NCBI GenBank assembly: GCA_965261085.1
Contig: OZ253442.1
Location: 960,001-1,024,000 of the forward strand
DNA length: 64,000 nucleotides
Reading direction: 5' to 3'
Source of the DNA: a bacterium
GTDB taxonomy: Bacteria; UBA8248
Numbering within the stretch: position 1 is the first letter of the stretch; each line of letters begins with the position of its first letter. This document shows, in pieces, positions 20,763 through 30,479 of the stretch. Below the pieces are notes generated by a model. It saw nothing but the letters and a program-made list of their open reading frames with translations, did no database searches and was not told where the DNA came from. Position numbers and translations under genes: made by a program.

Positions 20763-20811
20763 TACAGTCTCCTTCTCGGGTGTGTGACGGGAAATATCCG
20801 TCAATTTGAGT

Positions 20812-21990
20812 TTACCATTCATCCTTTCCGGCGGGGGCCAGAAGCGGCGCGGCCTTGAGCTTCACCGCCTCGTTCGTGCCGAAGCCGTGCAGATAGCTCA
20901 ACACGTCGCGCCAGCATTTCTCGGGCGTCGGCCTGTCGTCGTGATAGGTGGCGCCCGACCTCCCCCAGATCTCCATCGCCATGCGGCAGACCTTGATGCC
21001 CGCCTCCGAGGCGAACACCTTGGACATCAGGCGGCGTTTCGAATCATCCGTCGGCTTTTCCGCATGCCACGCCGCAGAATACAGGTACGTCCGCGCCGCC
21101 TCAATCAGCATATACATTTCCGTGAGCGCCATCTGCGCCCACTGCTCATCCGCCGCATCGCTCTCCTGCGCCGCCGTCCGCGCGAGATCGTATGCGAGGC
21201 GCGAGGGGCCCATCACCGGGATAAGCGCGCCGCTCACCATGCGCTTTAATATCGAGAGGCCCCCGTTCCAATCGCCGAAGAGATTGTGCGCGGGCACGCG
21301 GCAGTTCCTGAGCACGAGTTCGCCGTTTTGCAGAAGACGCCTCCCGAGCTTGGAGTGCGCCTCTCCGATTTCGAAACCCTCCGTATCGCGCGGCACGAGG
21401 AAGCAGGTGAGGCCCTCGCTCATCTTCTTCTCAGGCGCGGTGCGCGCGAAGATGAAGTAATACTTCGCCAGGCCGCCGTTTGAGATGTAGTGCTTCGTGC
21501 CGTTCAGGATATAGAAATCACCCTCTCGTTTCGCCGTCATGCGCGGGCCGGCGTGCGGTTCGTCGTGCATGAGGAAGGTGTCGGTTCCGCTTTGCGGCTC
21601 CGTGGTGGCGAGGGCGAGTAGCGCCCTGGGGTCGTTCATGAAGTCTTCCAGATATAAATCGCGCTGCGTCTGCGTGGTCTCGTTCGTGAGCAGTTGCGCG
21701 AATTTATAGGTCTGATCCATCGAGACGGCGACGCCCAGATCGCCGTAAGCGAGTTCTTCAGCCACCATGGCCTGCACCAGATGCCGCGCGCCGAAGCCGC
21801 CGAATTTCTCAGGCACGGTGAGCGTTCTGAGTCCTGCGGCGTCCAGTTTATCCGCGATATGCCAAGGATAGGCCTCGCCGGGGGCGTAGTTTCTGTCCCT
21901 GGCCGCGGCGATGGGGAGGATGTCTTCCCGCGCAATCCGGCGCGCGCGGCGCACCATCTCGGATTCTTCGGGGGTCAAGTCCGGCATCAT
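20812..21990 (-). CDS. Acyl-CoA dehydrogenase family protein (possible heteromer subunit)
   Basis: ATTEPQSGTD and NGTKHYISNG present; R.QFG.PI segment missing; C-terminal HGFGTNE. Start uncertain. Confidence 0.82.
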   Translation of the reverse strand: MMPDLTPEESEMVRRARRIAREDILPIAAARDRNYAPGEAYPWHIADKLDAAGLRTLTVPEKFGGFGARHLVQAMVAEELAYGDLGVAVSMDQTYKFAQLLTNETTQTQRDLYLEDFMNDPRALLALATTEPQSGTDTFLMHDEPHAGPRMTAKREGDFYILNGTKHYISNGGLAKYYFIFARTAPEKKMSEGLTCFLVPRDTEGFEIGEAHSKLGRRLLQNGELVLRNCRVPAHNLFGDWNGGLSILKRMVSGALIPVMGPSRLAYDLARTAAQESDAADEQWAQMALTEMYMLIEAARTYLYSAAWHAEKPTDDSKRRLMSKVFASEAGIKVCRMAMEIWGRSGATYHDDRPTPEKCWRDVLSYLHGFGTNEAVKLKAAPLLAPAGKDEW

Positions 21991-22169
21991 GGCGTTTGGG
22001 CGCATCCTTCTGGAAGCGAGACAAGTCGACGGTGATTTGCCCGAATCCATAGCACTACTTGAGACGATATGTTCTGTCAATCATATTGGGGTATACCATG
22101 GGAGGAGAAACCACGGACTAACAAGGCATTTTGACCGCAAACGAGCATTGAAAAGAAGAGCGGACGATC

Positions 22170-23108
22170 ATGAAAATCGTGATTCCAGATGACTACGAAA
22201 GAAGCCTTGCGGACTCGGGCCAACTTGCGCGCCTTGAGAAACTGGGCGAGGTGGCGCATTTCACCGAGCGGCCACGAGATGACGAGGAGATGGCGGAGCG
22301 CATCTTGGATGCGGAAATCATCCTGACCATGCGCTTTCAGACGGATTTCAAGAACACAGGCCTGCTCGATGCCGCCCCTAAGCTGCGCTTCATCTCCATA
22401 TGGGGCACGCGCCCCCGCGTAGTGGACATGAAGCGCGCCGGTGAGCGAGGGATTTCCGTCGCCGTGACGCCCGGAGCGGGTAGTCCCTCCGTAGCCGAGC
22501 ACACGATAATGATGGTACTCGCCCTGGCAAAGCGGCTCCCGTTTCAGGGTCCCGCCATGCGTACGGGTGAGTGGGAGCGCGCACGGGGCGTGGAGCTTCT
22601 GGGCAAGAGCCTCTCGGTCGTCGGTTTCGGGCACATCGGGAGCAAGGTCGTCCCCATGGCGCGGGGCTTCGGCATGGACGTACTCGCCTGGTCTAAGAAC
22701 ATGACGCCCGAGCGCGCAGCCGAAGCAGGGGCGCGCGCGGTCTCGCTTGCTGAGTGCATGCTTGCTGATTTCGTGACGATACAGCTTCACGTGACGCCGG
22801 AAACCAGGGGCATTATCTCCAAGGAGAGAATCTCGCAGATGAAGCCGACGGCGTTTTTGATCAACACCTCGCGCGCGGCGCTCGTGGATATGGACGCCCT
22901 GTTCGAAGCCTTAAGTGAGCGCCGCATAGCAGGCGCGGGCTTGGACGTGTTCGAGCCGGATGAGCCTTTGCCGGGCGATTCTCCGTTAAGAGCGCTTGAT
23001 AACGTGATTCTCACCCCGCACGTCGCCGCGCACACCGAAGGTGCGGTTGCGCGGGAGGCGCGGATAGCAGTGGACAACGTGGCGGCCTATATTCAAGGAG
23101 AGCCGTAG
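22170..23108 (+). CDS. D-isomer-specific 2-hydroxyacid dehydrogenase
   Basis: GFGHIG, INTSRA, GLDVFE.EP and LTPHVA motifs. Confidence 0.9.
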   Translation: MKIVIPDDYERSLADSGQLARLEKLGEVAHFTERPRDDEEMAERILDAEIILTMRFQTDFKNTGLLDAAPKLRFISIWGTRPRVVDMKRAGERGISVAVTPGAGSPSVAEHTIMMVLALAKRLPFQGPAMRTGEWERARGVELLGKSLSVVGFGHIGSKVVPMARGFGMDVLAWSKNMTPERAAEAGARAVSLAECMLADFVTIQLHVTPETRGIISKERISQMKPTAFLINTSRAALVDMDALFEALSERRIAGAGLDVFEPDEPLPGDSPLRALDNVILTPHVAAHTEGAVAREARIAVDNVAAYIQGEP

Positions 23109-23239
23109 AACTTGGTGTTCGAGGACGCTTAGTTTTTCATGCGGGAGGCGCTTTCAGCCATACGAAGAAATTAAAATGACTTATAGTAATCGTGATGAAA
23201 ACTTAAGTATTCATACCTTTATCAAAGAGGGGAAACGAT

Positions 23240-23959
23240 ATGTCGTATCGAATCGAGATGAGCGAAGTTCAGGGCAGCGAGATGGAGATTTTCCTGTATG
23301 AGCCCGAAGGCGCAGGCCCGCATCCGGGGCTGGTGCTCTGCCAGCACATACCGGGCCATCAGGGAATCGAGGGCGACCCCTTCACGGTGAAAACGGCGGA
23401 GCGCTTCCGGGCGAACGGCTACGCGGTGTCCGTTCCGTTTCTCTACCACTGGTGGTCCAAGAGTGACGACATGCAGGTAAAACGCGATGAGTTCAACGAC
23501 GCGCAGACGGCGCTCGACCTAAAAGCGGGCTTCGACGCCCTGGCGGCTCTCGAAAGCGTGGACGCGGGCCGAATCGGAATCGTCGGGCATTGCTGGGGCG
23601 GGCGCGTGAGCTGGCTGGGCGCGTGCACGGATTCGCGCTACAGCGCGTGCGCGGTCTTCTACGGCGGCGGCGTGAAGGAGGTGCGCGGGGAGGGCAACCC
23701 GCCCGCCATCGAGCTCAGCGGCAACATCGCGTGCCCCGTCATCGGGGTTTTCGGCAATGAGGATCAGAATCCCTCGCCCCAGGACGTGGACGATTGCGAG
23801 GCGGCGCTCAAGAGCGCGGGCGTGGACTACGTTTTCCACCGCTACGACGGCGCCGGCCACGCCTTTCAGTGGGAGGATAGTCCCGAGCGCTTCCGCGCCG
23901 CGCAAAGCGAGGATTCATGGGTGAAGACACTCGCGTTTTTTGATGCGAAGTTGGGGTGA
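23240..23959 (+). CDS. Dienelactone hydrolase family protein
   Basis: GHCWGG nucleophile elbow, FG.ED and YDGAGHAF. Confidence 0.9.
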   Translation: MSYRIEMSEVQGSEMEIFLYEPEGAGPHPGLVLCQHIPGHQGIEGDPFTVKTAERFRANGYAVSVPFLYHWWSKSDDMQVKRDEFNDAQTALDLKAGFDALAALESVDAGRIGIVGHCWGGRVSWLGACTDSRYSACAVFYGGGVKEVRGEGNPPAIELSGNIACPVIGVFGNEDQNPSPQDVDDCEAALKSAGVDYVFHRYDGAGHAFQWEDSPERFRAAQSEDSWVKTLAFFDAKLG

Positions 23960-23994
23960 GGGGAAACTCCAAGGTTATTAGGGCGCAGGGATTC

Positions 23995-24723
23995 TCAAGC
24001 CGCGTGAACGCCTTGCAGGGAAGGCTCGATATCGGCCATGACGAATAGCCGTGAGTAGGCCGAACGACCGTTCATCCTGAACACGCGGGCGTCTATGCTC
24101 CCGTGTTCGAGCCATCTCCGCACCGTTTGAGCTTGCAGGCGGTTGATATAGCCGAGCCGGACGCCGTCCTGGCGAGCCACCTCCACGGCATTCGGGTCAT
24201 ACTCGTTGGCCGATTCGTGCAGGAAAACCACCGGCTCGTCAATGTCCAAGTCGAGTGCATCTTTTCGGTAATGCCCATAACCCGAGACGTCGAAGACGTA
24301 GCGGAAAGGCCGGTCGAAACCCTCGAAAGTCTCGGTGACGCCGAAGCTATCGCTGGTCACGCGAGCGCCCGTATAGGCCAGCAGGCTGAGGTCGGAGAAA
24401 TCGGCTTGCGGCGAGAGGCCGAACGTCTCCATGAAGTCATGGAAGTCGGGCCGATCCCGGGGCGGTAGTCGGCGGCTCAGAACATCGAGTGCGGTATCCG
24501 CCTCGTGCGTATCGCCCAACGCCAAGCCGGGATAGCCGCGAAATCCAGCTTCCAGGGCCGAGGCAAGGCTGTCCTCATCCAGATATGAAAACGCCACGCC
24601 TTGCGCGCACTGAAGCAGTTTGGCCACCGCGAACCTGTCACGAGGACCGGGCCGTTCCAGAGGACGCTGCCACGTCAACAACGCCCGGCGAGTCTGTATC
24701 AGATCGGTAATCATTCCCATCAT
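23995..24723 (-). CDS. HIRAN domain-containing protein
   Basis: C-terminal HESANEYDPNAVEV...LGYI HIRAN pattern; N-terminal RRLPPRDRPDF...LLAYTGAR..SDSF pattern. Confidence 0.75.
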   Translation of the reverse strand: MMGMITDLIQTRRALLTWQRPLERPGPRDRFAVAKLLQCAQGVAFSYLDEDSLASALEAGFRGYPGLALGDTHEADTALDVLSRRLPPRDRPDFHDFMETFGLSPQADFSDLSLLAYTGARVTSDSFGVTETFEGFDRPFRYVFDVSGYGHYRKDALDLDIDEPVVFLHESANEYDPNAVEVARQDGVRLGYINRLQAQTVRRWLEHGSIDARVFRMNGRSAYSRLFVMADIEPSLQGVHAA

Positions 24724-24790
24724 CTTTGAGTCTCACGAAGAATGTTCTCGATGCGTTCCATACCAATTTCGAGAATAGCACAGGTGTGGT
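24719..24790 (-). pseudogene. 3' remnant of an upstream gene (possibly HipA-like kinase)
   Basis: Frame TCAILEIGMERIENILRETQR* ends in a TGA overlapping the HIRAN start (ATGA), and no corresponding 5' part is present. Confidence 0.4.
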
Positions 24791-24795
24791 GTGAA

Positions 24796-26958
24796 TTAGC
24801 CGCGATCTTGATCACGAGCGTCCCATGCATCGAGAAAACGTTGGATATCTTTCCTATCTGATTCAGGCAGTGTGTCATCATCTACAGCATCTTCGAGTCT
24901 TTTACGAAAATGTTCGACATCCAAGAACCGATCTAGCTTTTCTACTTGAACTTGATCAATTTGTTCGGAAACCAGGTCTCCCAAGCCGCCAAATCCTCCG
25001 ATATTCTGACTATACGCTTTGCTCAAAAAAACTCTCGCGAGTTTTACCAATGTTGAGTTTTCTTCGACCATTTCTGCGCACCATGATCGGACTTCTTTTT
25101 CATTATCATTTGTCATGTGATGCCATACGTAAAGTACATATTTGATATTATCTATATGTATCAAAGTACCATCTGTGCGGGCTTCCCTGATTAGCTTAAG
25201 CGCATACTCTCGCATCTTCTGAGTATCGGGTTCGGTCATGAGAAAATTTTCGGGAGGTTGTGGTTGCTCGTTCTTGGCTGGGTGATATTCATTATGGGCA
25301 TATTGACTGAGGTCGACCAACCATCCCAAAGTTGCGTCCTTTAATGCAGCCACTAATACAGCTGATCGTTGTTCAATAGTAAAGCGCTCAATGGTCAGTG
25401 CTCGTAACAGCCAATGCAGTCGCAAATTATTGTCTGCCATTGAAAAACTATGACCTTCGTCAGCAAGATTGGGCAATTTGTCAGCAATCGCAAAAAGCGA
25501 TGAAAGCAGTAGCTCAACATTTTCATCCGGAACATCGCCGCTTCTTATTTTTAATTCGTCAAGCAGATACGAGGCCTTTGTTCTGCCGTTTGCTTGTATG
25601 ACGGAAAGCGCGGTTAAAAATGTTTGTTGCACGAATTCGCGGTCGGCAGAACGTCGGATCAACTCGTCGCTCTCTCGTCGGGAGACCGTTTGAGTTGAGA
25701 GAGAAAAACGGAAATAGGTATCGAAATGCTCTTTTGCACAAACGCGCCTCTGCAAAGACCACTGCTGTGTGTCGTTGTAGTGCATGTTGCTCCAAATACC
25801 CTGAAGGCGTGGGAACAGTCGCATCATCGCGCGACGCAGTCGATCTCTATCTTCTTCTGGTTCATGGTTTAAAAATAATTGGTCGTATTCAGTTTCCGCA
25901 TTATTCTGGCTATAGTTTGCATTGCTGCTGGCTGCACCCACGAGGAGATCCTTGTTGTCGCGGACTGCCTGAAATAGTTTTGGTCGAAACAGTCTCAAGG
26001 TTTCGATTGCGATGAAGTCAGGTATGTCCACTTCTCCGCTGACTGCTCCCCAAGTGGTTGAGAGTATATTGGATAGACGGAGTACATCACGGGGAGTTGT
26101 GATCTCGGGTGCGACGGTTTCATGAAACAAATTCCAGAAATGAGTTTGGTCTAATTCCTCCGTGTCTAAAATTATTTTGTTGAAATTTTCAAGTAGCATC
26201 CCATGAAGATGCGCGGAGTCCGGCTTGGGTAACTCAAAACCGGCTTGGACTATTTTCTCTAAGTAATGTGCACCTTCCGAGGGGTATCGCTCGGTTACTG
26301 CTTTCTCGAGTACGTTTCTATCGTAGGCCAGAAGATAACAGACCTTGGGTAATCTTCCCACGGATTTGACTAGGCGAAAAATCACTATAGCTTCTTCAGG
26401 AGAAAGCCGATCAAGATCATCAATGATTATGAGAAATTGTTGAGCTTGACTCTTCAGCGCTTCAGAGACTTGTTGTTGTAGAGCTTCAACTCCAGTATCG
26501 GTTTGAATGAATCGCTCAAGAGTACCTGCTGCCGATTGAGTCAATTTTCCAAACCATGAAATAGGTGTGACCTCAAGGATATTTCCGAGTAAGTGTCCAG
26601 CACTGGCGACATGAGCTCCGAGCTTGACAAAAGCTTCTTTTGCCTTTTTTGAACGTGACAAACCTGGTTCCAAGCCGGCGTAGAGTTCCTTAAAAAAACC
26701 GACTGCGAGAGCGTCTTCGGTGCGATAATGCCAACACGGGAAAGAAATAATCCTAATTTCGGGTGACGATTTTTCGAGGTAATGTCGAACCAAGTTAATG
26801 GCACTGCTTTTACCCGATCCCCATGGACCATAGATAGCAACGACACTTCCGACAGGATCAGAAATATTGCTGATACATTTTGAAATGGTTTTTGCGAAGG
26901 GCGTAAAGCCAACCTGATCTTGATCGGGATTTTCAATGGGAAGATCGTTGAAATTCAT
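24796..26958 (-). CDS. KAP family P-loop NTPase
   Basis: NDLPI...DQVGF..FA, Walker A GPWGSGKS, Walker B IIIDDLDRL, YLEKIVQ..F.LP and TPRDV.R; visibly AT-richer than the flanks. Confidence 0.9.
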   Translation of the reverse strand: MNFNDLPIENPDQDQVGFTPFAKTISKCISNISDPVGSVVAIYGPWGSGKSSAINLVRHYLEKSSPEIRIISFPCWHYRTEDALAVGFFKELYAGLEPGLSRSKKAKEAFVKLGAHVASAGHLLGNILEVTPISWFGKLTQSAAGTLERFIQTDTGVEALQQQVSEALKSQAQQFLIIIDDLDRLSPEEAIVIFRLVKSVGRLPKVCYLLAYDRNVLEKAVTERYPSEGAHYLEKIVQAGFELPKPDSAHLHGMLLENFNKIILDTEELDQTHFWNLFHETVAPEITTPRDVLRLSNILSTTWGAVSGEVDIPDFIAIETLRLFRPKLFQAVRDNKDLLVGAASSNANYSQNNAETEYDQLFLNHEPEEDRDRLRRAMMRLFPRLQGIWSNMHYNDTQQWSLQRRVCAKEHFDTYFRFSLSTQTVSRRESDELIRRSADREFVQQTFLTALSVIQANGRTKASYLLDELKIRSGDVPDENVELLLSSLFAIADKLPNLADEGHSFSMADNNLRLHWLLRALTIERFTIEQRSAVLVAALKDATLGWLVDLSQYAHNEYHPAKNEQPQPPENFLMTEPDTQKMREYALKLIREARTDGTLIHIDNIKYVLYVWHHMTNDNEKEVRSWCAEMVEENSTLVKLARVFLSKAYSQNIGGFGGLGDLVSEQIDQVQVEKLDRFLDVEHFRKRLEDAVDDDTLPESDRKDIQRFLDAWDARDQDRG

Positions 26959-27210
26959 TATGTGAAAAACCTGCTTGTAAAACCATGGGCGGGGTAGTGC
27001 ATAGTTACAAAATCACTAAACCATCTCAACCCCCCCCCCCTAAAAATCAGACTCCAGAATCCACACGCCCTTGTTCGATGAGATGCCGGATTATACCGTT
27101 GCCGGGGAGGAACCGACCAGCGATGCCTGCTCGGCGGACCTACCTCTCGGGCGACGGCTCAGGTGATGCGGGATATTTATTTTCGCGGGCTTTTTATGTA
27201 GGCTTGCTCT

Positions 27211-27489
27211 ATGCCGAAACCATCCTTGAACCGCTTGATTCATGATATCCAGCCCCTGGAAAAACGCGAGGCGTTCCTGCGCGACCCGCTCGAATTCGCT
27301 GAAGGGTATGACGTCACCGACGCGGAACTGGCGGCGGTTCGAGATTCCGACGTGCGCGCGCTGTGGTCGTTCGGCGTAAATCCCTACTTGATGCGGGTGC
27401 TGCAAATGCGCTCAAGCATATCGGATGAAGATTTCCGGGCGGCGCTGGCGGGTTTCTCCTTCCCGCGTCCCGATGAGGGGGAGATATAG
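27211..27489 (+). CDS. LigA-like small subunit of extradiol dioxygenase
   Basis: F..DP...AEGYDVT..E..AV...D..AL...GVNPY pattern; directly upstream of a LigB-like gene. Confidence 0.7.
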   Translation: MPKPSLNRLIHDIQPLEKREAFLRDPLEFAEGYDVTDAELAAVRDSDVRALWSFGVNPYLMRVLQMRSSISDEDFRAALAGFSFPRPDEGEI

Positions 27490-27490
27490 G

Positions 27491-28318
27491 ATGGCCAAGA
27501 TCGTCGGGGCGTTCGCGGCGAGCCACTCGCCTCTTTTTTTATTGCGGCATGACATGCCCGCCGAGGACGTACAGGAGGAGGTCTTCTCCGGCTACCGCAG
27601 GATGGCTCGGGAGATCGTGGCGCGGGGGGCCGAGGCGCTGGTTTTTCTGGGAAACGACCATCTGCACGCCTTTTCTCTGGACAGATACCCCGCCCTGGCG
27701 GTCGGCGCGGGCCCTCGCTTCGGCCCGGTGGAGACGGAGCCTTTTCTGCCGCGCGATGTATACGAGGGCGCCGAGGCGCTGGCCTCTCACCTGGTGCGCG
27801 GTCTGCTGGCGAGTGGTTTCGACCCCTTGCTGTGCCGCGAACTGGCGCTTGATCATTCCTTCGTCTCACCCCTGGCCCTGATGGGCGATATGGGTCTTCC
27901 CGTCGTTCCAATCCTTCAAAATACCGTGGCCCCGCCCCTGCCGCCCGCTGCGCGGTCGTATGAGCTCGGCGTATCGCTCAGGCGATTGATAGAGGGCTAC
28001 GCGGATCTCGAGCGCGTGGCCGTCGTGGCGACGGGCGCGCCCTCTCACTGGATAGGAACCCCCGAGCAGGGCGACATCGACGAGGCGTGGGACCGCGAGG
28101 TGATCGACATGCTGCGCCGCGCGGACGCGAAGGGTCTCTCCGCGTGGCCGCAAGCCAGAATCGATGCGGGCGGAAACGGGGGAAACGAGATCAGGACGTG
28201 GATATCCGCCGCCGCCCTGAGCGGAGACACGGAGGCGAATCTGTGGGTATACCGGATAGAACCCCTGTGGTTTCTGGGGGTGACGATAATCGAGTGGCCC
28301 ATCGGGCCTGCTCTGTGA
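27491..28318 (+). CDS. LigB-family (type II) extradiol ring-cleavage dioxygenase
   Basis: ASHSP, GNDH, LDHS, TG..SHW and GGNEIRTW metal/catalytic motifs. Confidence 0.88.
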   Translation: MAKIVGAFAASHSPLFLLRHDMPAEDVQEEVFSGYRRMAREIVARGAEALVFLGNDHLHAFSLDRYPALAVGAGPRFGPVETEPFLPRDVYEGAEALASHLVRGLLASGFDPLLCRELALDHSFVSPLALMGDMGLPVVPILQNTVAPPLPPAARSYELGVSLRRLIEGYADLERVAVVATGAPSHWIGTPEQGDIDEAWDREVIDMLRRADAKGLSAWPQARIDAGGNGGNEIRTWISAAALSGDTEANLWVYRIEPLWFLGVTIIEWPIGPAL

Positions 28319-28342
28319 GTGACAACGAGGGAGGATGAGCGA

Positions 28343-29332
28343 ATGCCGAAAGCGATTCTTTTTGACGAGCTGGGTGGTGCGGACGTGCTCCGCGTGGCGG
28401 AAGTTCCTGACCTTGAGCCTGCGGAGGGCGAGGTGCGCATCGCCGTGGAAGCGCTCGGGATCAACCGGGCGGAGATTATGTTTCGAGAGGGACGCTACCA
28501 CGTCCAGCCCGTGTTCCCCTCCCGCATCGGTTACGAGGCTTGCGGGGCGATAGACGCCGTGGGTAGGGGCGCGAAAGGTCTGGCGGTCGGGGACCGCGTG
28601 AGCACGATTCCTTGTTTCTCGATGGTGGAGCACGGGGTGTGCGGCGAGCAGGCGGTCGTGCCTGCGTTCGCAGCCGCCCGCTACCCGGATAACCTGACGC
28701 CCGCCGAGGGGGCGGCCATCTGGATGCCGTATTTCACCGCATACGGCGCGCTCGTCGAATTCGGAAAGGTGGGGGAAGGGGATACCGCCCTGCTCACCGC
28801 GGCGAGCAGCAGCGTCGGCATCGCGGCGATTCAGATTGCGAAATCCACCGGCGCGCGGGTCATCGCCACGACGCGCGGGGCGGGCAAGAAGGATTTTCTC
28901 CTGAACGCGGGCGCCGATCACGTCGTCGTGACGGATGAGGAGGATCTGGCGGAATCGGTGATGGAGATCACCGGAGGCGCGGGCGCGAACGTCATCTTCG
29001 ACCCCGTCGTCGGGTCGTCTTTGCCGAAACTCGCCGAAGCGGCCGCCTACCAGGGCGCGATTTTCCTGTATGGCCGCCTCTCGCCCGAGGATGCGGTCAT
29101 ACCCCTGCTCCCGGCTCTCAAGAAAGGCCTGACCTTCAGATGCTATACGATTATGGAGATAACGAAGTCCCCGGAAAAAAGAGAGAAAGGGAAGAAATTC
29201 ATCTACGACGGCCTGGAATCGGGCGCGCTCAAGCCCATCATCGCCAAGACGTTCCCGCTCGACGACATGGTGGGGGCGCACAAGTACATGGAATCGAACG
29301 TGCAGATGGGGAAAATCGTCGTCGAGGTGTAG
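28343..29332 (+). CDS. Zeta-crystallin/quinone oxidoreductase family (MDR), copy 1
   Basis: GINRAE, GYEACG, AASSSVG, H.YMESN.Q.GKIVV. Confidence 0.9.
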   Translation: MPKAILFDELGGADVLRVAEVPDLEPAEGEVRIAVEALGINRAEIMFREGRYHVQPVFPSRIGYEACGAIDAVGRGAKGLAVGDRVSTIPCFSMVEHGVCGEQAVVPAFAAARYPDNLTPAEGAAIWMPYFTAYGALVEFGKVGEGDTALLTAASSSVGIAAIQIAKSTGARVIATTRGAGKKDFLLNAGADHVVVTDEEDLAESVMEITGGAGANVIFDPVVGSSLPKLAEAAAYQGAIFLYGRLSPEDAVIPLLPALKKGLTFRCYTIMEITKSPEKREKGKKFIYDGLESGALKPIIAKTFPLDDMVGAHKYMESNVQMGKIVVEV

Positions 29333-29472
29333 GCAGCTCTGCGCCGGAATCAACCGAACGGATGGGATGTATTTCATTGTAGTGTCAAGAAGCACCAGGA
29401 AAAGAAAAAGCCGACTCGCGGACTTGTGAGTATATTCGAAGCTGCTTTTACAAAACGAAGGAGATGAGGGAT

Positions 29473-30462
29473 ATGCCGAAAGCCGTTTTGTTCGACGAAC
29501 TGGGTGGCGCGGACGTGCTCCGCGTGGCGGAAGCGCCTTCCCTGGAGGCAGGGGAGGGCGAGGTGCGCATCGAGGTGGAAGCGCTCGGAATCAACCGGGC
29601 CGAGATTATGTTCCGAGAGGGAGTCTACCACGTCCAGCCGGTGTTCCCCTCCCGCATCGGGTACGAGGCGGCCGGGACGATCGACGCCGTAGGACCCGGC
29701 GCGAAAGGCCTGGCGGTGGGGGATCGCGTGAGCACGATTCCGTGTTTTTCGATGATTGAGCACGGGGTGTGCGGCGAGCAGGCGGTCGTGCCTGCGTTCG
29801 CCGCCGCCCGCTACCCGGATAACCTGACGCCCGTCAAGGCCGCGGCCATCTGGATGGCGTACATGACCGCATACGGCGCGCTCGTCGAATTCGGGCGGGT
29901 GAAGGAGGGGGATAACGTCCTGATTTCCGCGGCGAGCAGCAGCGTCGGCATAGCGGCGATCCAGATTGTGAAATCTTTGGGCGCGCGGGCCATCGCCACG
30001 ACGCGCGGGGCGGGGAAGAAGGATTTTCTCCTGAACATAGGCGCTGATCGCGTCGTCGTGACGGATGAGGAGGATCTGGCGGAGTCGGTGATGGAGATCA
30101 CCGGAGGCGCGGGTGCGAACGTCATCTTCGACCCCGTCGTCGGGTCTTTTCTGCCGAAGCTCGCCGATGCGGCCGCCTACCACGGCACCATTTTCTCGTA
30201 TGGCCACCTCTCGCCCGATGCTCCGGTTTTGCCCCTCTACGCGGCTATCAGGAAAGGCCTGACCTTCAGGGGCTATACGATTATGGAAATCTCGAGAGAT
30301 ACGGAAAAAAGAGAGGTGGCGAGGAAATTCATCTATGACGGCCTGGAATCGGGCGCGTTCAAGCCCATCATCGCCAAGACGTTCCCGCTCGATGAAATCG
30401 TAGGCGCGTACAAGTACATGGAATCGAACGCGCAGATGGGCAAAATCGTCGTCGAGGTGTAA
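29473..30462 (+). CDS. Zeta-crystallin/quinone oxidoreductase family (MDR), copy 2 (tandem paralogue)
   Basis: Same length (990 bp) as copy 1, with long identical stretches. Confidence 0.9.
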   Translation: MPKAVLFDELGGADVLRVAEAPSLEAGEGEVRIEVEALGINRAEIMFREGVYHVQPVFPSRIGYEAAGTIDAVGPGAKGLAVGDRVSTIPCFSMIEHGVCGEQAVVPAFAAARYPDNLTPVKAAAIWMAYMTAYGALVEFGRVKEGDNVLISAASSSVGIAAIQIVKSLGARAIATTRGAGKKDFLLNIGADRVVVTDEEDLAESVMEITGGAGANVIFDPVVGSFLPKLADAAAYHGTIFSYGHLSPDAPVLPLYAAIRKGLTFRGYTIMEISRDTEKREVARKFIYDGLESGAFKPIIAKTFPLDEIVGAYKYMESNAQMGKIVVEV

Positions 30463-30479
30463 CCCGCGCTGCGCCGGAA

